A stretch of 20,165 bases of DNA. Origin: a virus. Its lineage: Duplodnaviria > Heunggongvirae > Uroviricota > Caudoviricetes. The notes under the pieces are model-generated. The model was not told the origin of the DNA. It saw only the letters and a list, made by a program, of their open reading frames with translations, and did no database searches. The position numbers and the translations under genes are program-made. Below, in pieces: positions 14,039 to 20,165 of the stretch. The stretch lies in the IMG/VR virus record IMGVR_UViG_2648501150_000043, positions 1 to 20,165 of that record, one strand, 5' to 3'. Positions within the stretch are counted from its first letter, which is position 1. Each line of letters begins with the position of its first letter.

Positions 14039-15027
14039 GCGAATTAGCAATTATCGAAATTGCGCCAGATATGGCGCCAAGCATTTACGTAGAAAACGGT
14101 CTGGAAAAGTTCCTCGAACAGATCCGCGAAAGCGTTAACGAAGTTCCGGACCTGAGCACTGCCAAAGGTCGTGCCCGCATTGCATCTCTGGCAGCACAGG
14201 TTTCTCGCAGTAAAACAGCAGTTGAAAAGCCTGGTCGAGATTACCTTCGTCATCTGAAAGAAGCCGTCAAACCTGCTGAGGCTGAACTGCGTCGATTTGT
14301 ATCAGCTTGCGATGAGATGCGCGATGAGGTTCGCCGCCCACTTACCGAATGGGAGGCCGAGCAGGAACGCATCAAGGCTGAAGAAGCCATGAATGTGCTG
14401 CACGCCGAAGCACTGGAGATGAACATCAAGTTCGATCAGGAGCGGGCTGCCAAGTTCGAAGCGGATCACGAGATGGCCCTGCTGATGAACGACGCATTCG
14501 ACCGAGAAGCGAAGGCGAAAGCAGAAGAAGCAGAGCGCCAGCGCATTGCTCATGAAGAAGAGTTGAAGCGCCAGGCGGAAGAAAAGGCCAGGCGTGAAGC
14601 TGAAGAGAAAATAGAGCGTGAACGCGCTGAATCTGCCCGTCGTGAGGCTGAATTAAAGCTCAAGGCAGAGCAAGCAGAGCGTAACCGCATTGCCACAGAG
14701 CAAAAAGCTGAAGCAGAGAAGAAGGAAGCCGCAGATCGTGCCGAGCGCGAAAAACAGGAAGCTATCGCAGTTGAGCAACGCAAAGCGCAGGAAGAAGCCG
14801 ATCGCATCAAGCGTGAAGCTGAAGCGAAAGAAGTAGCCCGTCTGGCGGAAGAGAAGCGCATCGCTGATGAAGCGGCAGCACGCGCTGCTGATGTAGAGCA
14901 CCGTCGTGCCATTAATGCTGCTGCGGTTCAGGCGCTCATTGAACAGGGTATTCCTGATGACTGGGCGAAAGCATGTGTTGTCGCCATCGCTCGCGGGAAA
15001 GTTCCAGCAACAACCATCAACTACTGA
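14035..15027 (+). CDS. Hypothetical protein with long Glu/Arg/Lys/Ala-rich coiled-coil or single-alpha-helix-like central domain (330 aa)
   Basis: GTG start overlapping upstream stop (GTGA); about 200 residues of charged repeats (AEEAERQRIAHEEELKRQAEEKARREAEEK...). Confidence 0.7.
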   Translation: MSELAIIEIAPDMAPSIYVENGLEKFLEQIRESVNEVPDLSTAKGRARIASLAAQVSRSKTAVEKPGRDYLRHLKEAVKPAEAELRRFVSACDEMRDEVRRPLTEWEAEQERIKAEEAMNVLHAEALEMNIKFDQERAAKFEADHEMALLMNDAFDREAKAKAEEAERQRIAHEEELKRQAEEKARREAEEKIERERAESARREAELKLKAEQAERNRIATEQKAEAEKKEAADRAEREKQEAIAVEQRKAQEEADRIKREAEAKEVARLAEEKRIADEAAARAADVEHRRAINAAAVQALIEQGIPDDWAKACVVAIARGKVPATTINY

Positions 15028-15034
15028 GGTGGCT

Positions 15035-15337
15035 ATGCACATTCAGCAATTCAATAACCTGAAAAAAATAGCAACTCAGTTCAGCAATGACTACCAGCTG
15101 TCATCTGAACTGTACGACCGCCACGTTGAGCTGATCGAAGCAGTTGCTGGTTGCGAAATGGAAGAGTCATTCAAGCGGGCAATTCTCCGTGCCGGTGTTC
15201 GTTATGAAGTTCTGGAAGCGGCATTTGAAAGCGATGATTTCGAAGAGCTTATGTCGTCGTTCAAACGTGAATTAACTGGCGTCATCGCCCGTCTTGACCT
15301 GGCTGACCAGATCGACAGCAAAAGGAATGCGGCATGA
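15035..15337 (+). CDS. Hypothetical protein (100 aa)
   Basis: ATG at 15035 with GAGGTGG RBS; ATGA overlap with downstream nuclease gene. Confidence 0.6.
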   Translation: MHIQQFNNLKKIATQFSNDYQLSSELYDRHVELIEAVAGCEMEESFKRAILRAGVRYEVLEAAFESDDFEELMSSFKRELTGVIARLDLADQIDSKRNAA

Positions 15338-16155
15338 ATACCGGTATCTATTTCGACATCAGCAACGAGGACTACCACGCCGGTGACGGCGTGAGTAAGT
15401 CACAACTGGATATGGTGGCCAAGAACCCTGCCCTTCTGAAATGGGTCAAGGCAGCGCCGGAAGATGAAGAGAAAAAATCGGCACTGGACATGGGTACTGC
15501 TCTGCACTGCCTGCTGCTGGAGCCGAAGGAATTCGATAAGCGTTTCATCGTGGCGCCACAGTTCAACCGACGCACAAATCAGGGAAAAGCAGACGAAGAA
15601 GCATTCCTGAAAGACGTTGCCGACATGGGTATGACGGTGATGGATGCCGAGCAGGGCCGGAAACTGAAACTGATGCGCGACAGCGCAATGGCCCACCCTG
15701 CGGCGAGGTGGATGCTGGAAGCACCAGGTCACTATGAAGCGTCGATGTACTGGAATGACGAAGAGACTGGCGAACTGTGCCGAATCCGTCCAGATAAATG
15801 GCTGAATGAGCACAACGTGATCGTAGATGTGAAAAAAGTTGCAGACATGGATCGCTTTGCCCGTCACATCGAGGAATTCCGCTACCACGTCCAGGACGCC
15901 ATGTACCGCGAAGGCGCACTGAAAGTAACCGGGCAGCCACACGGATTCTTCTTCCTGGCTGTGAGCGAAACCATCGACTGCGGTCGATACCCTGTCCGCG
16001 TGTTCGAGCTGGATGCGCCAGATGTTGACGCCGGGCATCAGTTATTCCGCCGGGATCTGAACACCTATCACGAATGCCGCATCAGCGATGAATGGGGCGG
16101 CGTGGAAATTATTAAACGCCCTGAATGGGCACGAAAACAGGATATGTACGTATGA
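15334..16155 (+). CDS. PD-(D/E)XK-family nuclease (exonuclease-like partner of the recombinase), 273 aa
   Basis: Motif context ...RPDKW...VIVDVKK... consistent with D-x(n)-(D/E)-x-K nuclease core; position directly upstream of Bet/RecT-like gene with ATGA coupling. Confidence 0.65.
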   Translation: MNTGIYFDISNEDYHAGDGVSKSQLDMVAKNPALLKWVKAAPEDEEKKSALDMGTALHCLLLEPKEFDKRFIVAPQFNRRTNQGKADEEAFLKDVADMGMTVMDAEQGRKLKLMRDSAMAHPAARWMLEAPGHYEASMYWNDEETGELCRIRPDKWLNEHNVIVDVKKVADMDRFARHIEEFRYHVQDAMYREGALKVTGQPHGFFFLAVSETIDCGRYPVRVFELDAPDVDAGHQLFRRDLNTYHECRISDEWGGVEIIKRPEWARKQDMYV

Positions 16156-17033
16156 GCAACGATATCGCAATCACATCACAGCCAGGCGCTACCGTAGGGA
16201 CAGCGGCTGCAATATTCAGTCCTGAGGGTATGGACCGCCTGGTACGTTTCGCAACCCTGATGGCAGACAGTAAAGCAACCGTTCCTCAGCACCTGGCAGG
16301 AAAGCCTGCTGATTGTCTGGCAGTTACCATGCAGGCGGCGCAATGGGGCATGAACCCGTTCGCTGTTGCGCAGAAGACGCACGTTGTAAACGGAACTCTT
16401 GGCTATGAAGCACAACTGGTTAACGCCGTCGTGTCTTCTTCAAACCTGCTTTCAACTCGCCTGAATTACCGCTGGGATGGTGACTGGTCAAAGGTGAATG
16501 GCAAGAGCGACAAATCACCATCACTGACCGTAACAGTATCGGCAGTACTGAAAGGCGAAGCAGAGCCGCGCGAGCTTACCATCAGCATGGCTCAGGCAGG
16601 TGTCCGTAACTCTCCGCTGTGGGAACAGGATCCACGACAGCAGCTTGCTTACCTGTGCGTTAAGCGTTGGGCTCGTCTGCATGCACCTGATGTTCTGCTC
16701 GGAGTATACACCCCTGACGAATTGCAGGAGACAACACCGCGTGTTGAGCGCGACATCACGCCATCTGCGGCAACGGCTCATGGCATGAACAGCCTGATCA
16801 ACTCAAAACCAGAGCAGAAGCAGGAAGAGCGTCAGCAGCATAAAGACGATCGCGGTCCTGAAGAGATTTTGCACGCATTTTCCGGCGCGGCGATGAACTA
16901 CAACACCCAGGCTGACCTGGACAAAGCATACAAATACGTTGCCCAGAAACTGGCTGGTGATGATGACCTGCTGGCAAAAGCAACTGACGTTTACACCATT
17001 CGCTGCGACGAACTGAACGAAGTACCGATGTAA
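16152..17033 (+). CDS. Bet/RecT-family single-strand annealing recombinase (about 293 aa from ATG 16152)
   Basis: C-terminal region RQQLAYLCVKRWARLHAPDVLLGVY...ERDITP resembles lambda Bet (KRMLRHKAMIQCARLAFGFAGIY...ERDITP, from memory); start codon overlaps nuclease stop. Confidence 0.75.
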   Translation: MSNDIAITSQPGATVGTAAAIFSPEGMDRLVRFATLMADSKATVPQHLAGKPADCLAVTMQAAQWGMNPFAVAQKTHVVNGTLGYEAQLVNAVVSSSNLLSTRLNYRWDGDWSKVNGKSDKSPSLTVTVSAVLKGEAEPRELTISMAQAGVRNSPLWEQDPRQQLAYLCVKRWARLHAPDVLLGVYTPDELQETTPRVERDITPSAATAHGMNSLINSKPEQKQEERQQHKDDRGPEEILHAFSGAAMNYNTQADLDKAYKYVAQKLAGDDDLLAKATDVYTIRCDELNEVPM

Positions 17034-17076
17034 CCACCACTGCGGCGCCGCGCGCGTCGCAAATGCAAGAGAGGTA

Positions 17077-17328
17077 ATGATGAAAAGAGCATTTGGCAAA
17101 AAGGAACTGATGGCAGTGGTGCCGGTATCGATGAGCACCATTGACCGCATGGAGCGCAATGGCGAGTTCCCGCAGCGCTTCTGGATCACTGATAAACGTT
17201 GTGCATGGAATGCTGAAGAGGTTGAAAACTGGCTTGATGAGCGTCAGGCCACCAGCCCGGCAGAGTTCACCGGAAAAAAGCCGCCGGTTGATCAGCGTGT
17301 TTACCGCCCAGTAAGTAACGCCGCATGA
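17077..17328 (+). CDS. AlpA-family phage regulatory protein / excisionase-like HTH protein (83 aa)
   Basis: MSTIDRMERNGEFPQRFWITDKRCAWNAEEVENWL matches the AlpA/Xis-type HTH pattern (recall). Confidence 0.75.
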   Translation: MMKRAFGKKELMAVVPVSMSTIDRMERNGEFPQRFWITDKRCAWNAEEVENWLDERQATSPAEFTGKKPPVDQRVYRPVSNAA

Positions 17329-17441
17329 CAGCGCTGATCAGGCACTGGGAAAAATGGTCAGGATGGTACTTATTCCTGACCGCCGTTTCCGCCTGGCTGT
17401 ATCTGCTGGCGGTAATTTTCAGAGAAGGCTGGATCCGATGA
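17325..17441 (+). CDS. Putative 38-aa single-pass membrane peptide MTALIRHWEKWSGWYLFLTAVSAWLYLLAVIFREGWIR
   Basis: Manually translated; start overlaps AlpA stop (ATGA at 17325-17328) and stop overlaps next gene start (ATGA at 17438-17441); hydrophobic core of about 19 residues. Confidence 0.35.
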   Translation: MTALIRHWEKWSGWYLFLTAVSAWLYLLAVIFREGWIR

Positions 17442-17737
17442 GCAAATTAACCCGTCTTGAAAAGTATCACCTGAACTATGTGTCTCAGCGTCAGGCTTCA
17501 AAGGTTGTCGCCGTAACTCCTGCGGCGATGGAGGTAGAAAAGCGCGCTGTTGAGCGAGAATCGAAAGGCCAGTTCCGCATTGCAGCCAGGCTTTGGTTGC
17601 TGTGCATGGATGCAGCAGTCGGTGAGGTTGAACGCGCCAGAATAGCGATACGCCGTGATCAGTGCATATCGAGAGGTAACGGCCTGCGCCGAGGCGAATA
17701 TGCAGGGATCGGATGTCGTGGGGTGGTGTATGACTAA
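17438..17737 (+). CDS. Hypothetical protein (99 aa from ATG 17438)
   Basis: ORF in operon context; GAGAAGG upstream; no family recognised. Confidence 0.5.
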   Translation: MSKLTRLEKYHLNYVSQRQASKVVAVTPAAMEVEKRAVERESKGQFRIAARLWLLCMDAAVGEVERARIAIRRDQCISRGNGLRRGEYAGIGCRGVVYD

Positions 17738-17894
17738 CCCTCACGACAATATCCGCGTAGGTAGCATCACGCTGGTTTATTCAGCTCTTCGTTGCGGATG
17801 GATTGTGCCAGGCAGAAAGGTTATCAAAAACCCATTAAAGGCTCAGCGCATTGCTGAGCTGATGAACATTTTCGTGAAAGGCGGTGCAGAATGA
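17730..17894 (+). CDS. Hypothetical small protein (54 aa from ATG 17730; alternative ATG 17700)
   Basis: GGGTGG RBS 4-5 nt upstream of ATG 17730; stop overlaps methyltransferase start (ATGA). Confidence 0.4.
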   Translation: MTNPHDNIRVGSITLVYSALRCGWIVPGRKVIKNPLKAQRIAELMNIFVKGGAE

Positions 17895-18484
17895 CCGGTA
17901 AATACACTCTTATCTACGCAGATCCACCCTGGACATACCGCGACAAAGCAGCCGACGGCGAGCGCGGAGCAGGGTTTAAATACCCGGTGATGAACGTGCT
18001 GGATATCTGCCGCCTGCCAGTGTGGGATCTTGCCGCCGACGATTGCCTACTGGCAATGTGGTGGGTTCCTACTCAGCCGGTTGAGGCGTTGAAAGTGGTC
18101 GAATCGTGGGGCTTCAAGCTGATGACCATGAAGGGATTCACCTGGCACAAGACGAATAAGCACAAAGGTAACAGCGCGATCGGCATGGGCCACATGACAA
18201 GGGCGAACAGCGAAGACTGCCTGTTTGCGGTGCGTGGGAAACTACCGGCCCGCATGGATGCGTCAATCTGCCAGCACGTCACGGCGCCGCGCATGGAAAA
18301 CTCGCGCAAGCCTGACATCATCCGCGAAAAACTGGTGCAGTTGCTGGGCGATGTTCCGCGCATTGAGCTATTCGCCCGCCAGTCGTCACATGGTTTCGAC
18401 GTATGGGGCAATCAGTGCGAAGGCCCGTCGGTGCAGTTGCTACCAGGCTGCTCTGTTCCGGTTGTAAGGACGGAGGCAGCATGA
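17891..18484 (+). CDS. MT-A70-family N6-adenine DNA methyltransferase (197 aa), no cognate restriction gene seen
   Basis: DPPW catalytic motif at residues 11-14 (YADPPWTY) and overall size typical of phage MT-A70/Dam-like methyltransferases. Confidence 0.85.
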   Translation: MTGKYTLIYADPPWTYRDKAADGERGAGFKYPVMNVLDICRLPVWDLAADDCLLAMWWVPTQPVEALKVVESWGFKLMTMKGFTWHKTNKHKGNSAIGMGHMTRANSEDCLFAVRGKLPARMDASICQHVTAPRMENSRKPDIIREKLVQLLGDVPRIELFARQSSHGFDVWGNQCEGPSVQLLPGCSVPVVRTEAA

Positions 18485-18657
18485 CCATGTTCAATGAGGC
18501 GGAGTTAATCCGCCAACTGGAAGAGCAGCGCGCTGTGATTGTTCAGCGCGACGATGAAATTAACCGGTTACGCGGTGATGTTGAGATGCTAACAGCGGCA
18601 CTTAATAACTCTGCGCCATCAACATCTAATATTTGCGGGAAGGAACGAACAGTATGA
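18481..18657 (+). CDS. Hypothetical small protein (58 aa from ATG 18481)
   Basis: ATG overlaps methyltransferase stop; coiled-coil-like composition. Confidence 0.45.
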   Translation: MTMFNEAELIRQLEEQRAVIVQRDDEINRLRGDVEMLTAALNNSAPSTSNICGKERTV

Positions 18658-18908
18658 GCACGGTGACCATGCAAATGAAAAAAGTCTGGTTTTCTCCTTC
18701 TCGCGGTCGACATTTTTTGACGCGCAGGGCAGCGGTAAGAGCGGAGGCGCATGCAAAAATATTGGCTAAATATCCGATTGAGAAACCATATTACGAACAT
18801 GGCGGACTTTGCGATCCAGGATTCTCTATTGAGTTCGATGAACCAGATCGATACAAAAAAATGCTCAGACGCATGATGCGGCTAATCGATAAGAATACGG
18901 AGAAATAA
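18654..18908 (+). CDS. Hypothetical protein (84 aa from ATG 18654)
   Basis: ATG overlaps upstream stop; last gene before the convergent integrase. Confidence 0.5.
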   Translation: MSTVTMQMKKVWFSPSRGRHFLTRRAAVRAEAHAKILAKYPIEKPYYEHGGLCDPGFSIEFDEPDRYKKMLRRMMRLIDKNTEK

Positions 18909-18911
18909 ATA

Positions 18912-20165
18912 TCAACCAATCCCTTCCATCCACTTCTCAAACTTCGACGGGGAGAACGGCACCAGATCGGTGTGATCCCCGTTAATCCAGGCATCGACCA
19001 TATCTGCCCACTGCTGCAACATGTAGGCACGTTGCCGGGCATACTCCGCTTTGTTGTATACCGCTCGCACTCCCTTCTGTTCATGCGCCAGCGCCTTTTC
19101 AATCCAGTCAGATGGATAACCAGCCTCATGCAACAGTGTGCTGGCAGTGCGGCGCAGGTCGTGCACAGAGAAGTCATCCAGATGCCCGCCAGCCTCATTC
19201 ACCGATTCGACAGTGACATTGATCAGCCTGTTCAGTGCGGCGTTGGATAATGGCTTGCTCACTGAGTAGCGCCCAGGCAAAAGGTATTCACTTCCACCGG
19301 CACACATCTGCAGGCCAATCATCAGATCCTGCGCCTGTTTTGGCAGATAGATAACGTGCGCCCGACTTCCCTTCATGCGGTCTGAAGGTATGGTCCATGT
19401 CCATTTTTTGAAATCAACCTCTGACCATGTGGCATGGGTGAATTCACTTTTTCGGACCAGGGTAAGAAGAACCAGTTTTAATGCCAGTTTCATCGTGGCC
19501 ATAGTCCCGACGTGATCCAGAGCGCGGAAGAATACACCGATCTCTTCAGGCTGTAGCGTACGGTCGCGCGGCTTAAACATGGCTATCGATGAAGGCTTGA
19601 TGTCAGCAGCCGGATTAAACAGGCCGTGCCCGCGGTCATTCGCATAACGGTATACGCTGCTGATTATTTCTCTGGCCTGCACCGCCGTCGCCCGGCCGCC
19701 ACGTTCAACAATGCGATCGCACAGGTCACGAACCATGCCAGTGGTTATCTCAGCCATCATCTTGTTACCCAGAACCGGCATGATATCGCGTTCGATAACG
19801 GCCTGTTTCATTGCCCGGGTACTGTCAGCCAGAATGACGTGTTTCATATAGCTGTCGGTATGTACCGAGAATGTCTCAGCGCCACGGATCTTTTTGATAC
19901 CGTCACGTTTTGCCGCAGCTGGCGACTGGCCTGCCTTTAACAGCTTTTTTGCAGCAATTAGTTCTTCACGCGCTTCCGCCAGACTGATACCGTCACGACC
20001 ATACTGACCGATGACCAGCGTTTCCCGTCGCCCGTTAATGCGGTAGTCGTACCGGAACGAGACAGAGCCGGAAGTAAGCACGGCTACATACAAGCCGTCA
20101 CGATCCGAAACCTTATACAGTTTGTCCTGCGGTTTGAGGTTTTTTAATTTTGTATCAGTAAGCAC
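18912..20165 (-). CDS. int: Tyrosine integrase (site-specific recombinase, P4-like N-terminal arm-binding domain), at least 417 aa; N-terminus at or just beyond the right window edge
   Basis: N-terminal LTDTKLKNLKPQDKLYKVSDRDGLYVAVLTSGSVSFRYDYR pattern and C-terminal HDLRRTAST...LAH...Y catalytic region; GTG codon at the very last window codon. Confidence 0.9.
   Translation of the reverse strand: MLTDTKLKNLKPQDKLYKVSDRDGLYVAVLTSGSVSFRYDYRINGRRETLVIGQYGRDGISLAEAREELIAAKKLLKAGQSPAAAKRDGIKKIRGAETFSVHTDSYMKHVILADSTRAMKQAVIERDIMPVLGNKMMAEITTGMVRDLCDRIVERGGRATAVQAREIISSVYRYANDRGHGLFNPAADIKPSSIAMFKPRDRTLQPEEIGVFFRALDHVGTMATMKLALKLVLLTLVRKSEFTHATWSEVDFKKWTWTIPSDRMKGSRAHVIYLPKQAQDLMIGLQMCAGGSEYLLPGRYSVSKPLSNAALNRLINVTVESVNEAGGHLDDFSVHDLRRTASTLLHEAGYPSDWIEKALAHEQKGVRAVYNKAEYARQRAYMLQQWADMVDAWINGDHTDLVPFSPSKFEKWMEGIG

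Noticed and set aside
14550-15042. Minus-strand ORFs of 120 and 129 aa, Ser/Ala/Cys-rich
   Set aside because: Antisense shadows of the repetitive GAA/GCN/CGN codons of the ER/K-rich gene; composition not protein-like.
15400-16038. 212-aa minus-strand ORF
   Set aside because: Lies entirely inside the PD-(D/E)XK nuclease gene on the opposite strand; no RBS, implausible composition.
1-20165. CRISPR array, rRNA or tRNA genes, IS element or transposase
   Set aside because: No spaced direct-repeat array, no rRNA- or tRNA-like sequence, and no transposase-like ORF or terminal inverted repeats were seen.

Overview
The window reads as a mosaic temperate-phage (prophage) segment with about 40 genes in three blocks. 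(1) 1-8250, minus strand: head and packaging module (terS, terL, portal, two small proteins, scaffold-like protein, major capsid, then the start of a further gene cut by the left edge). It is interrupted at 4600-6144 by a plus-strand island with its own intrinsic terminators. (2) 8300-12911, minus strand: a lambda-like rightward early operon in mirror orientation (Cro-like regulator, small zinc protein, O-like initiator with four in-gene iterons, P-like helicase loader, RuvC-like resolvase, HNH endonuclease, DUF551 protein, zinc-ribbon protein). (3) 13067-18908, plus strand: cI-like repressor, then a leftward early operon (ER/K-rich coiled-coil protein, PD-(D/E)XK nuclease, Bet/RecT recombinase, AlpA-like regulator, MT-A70 adenine methyltransferase, several small ORFs), ending at a convergent tyrosine integrase (18912-20165, cut by the right edge). 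No rRNA, tRNA, CRISPR array or transposase was recognised. The most striking signal is a 17-bp palindrome, ATTACC-N5-GGTAAT, present in at least nine copies: two triplets flank the repressor gene like OR and OL, and single perfect copies sit far away in front of the portal operon, on the terS start region and upstream of the resolvase operon. The second candidate is the terL/portal island: a ~600-bp region with no long ORF ending in a terminator, a Cys4 zinc-ribbon protein and a small membrane protein. All calls rest on reading the sequence and recalled family signatures; no database search was run.
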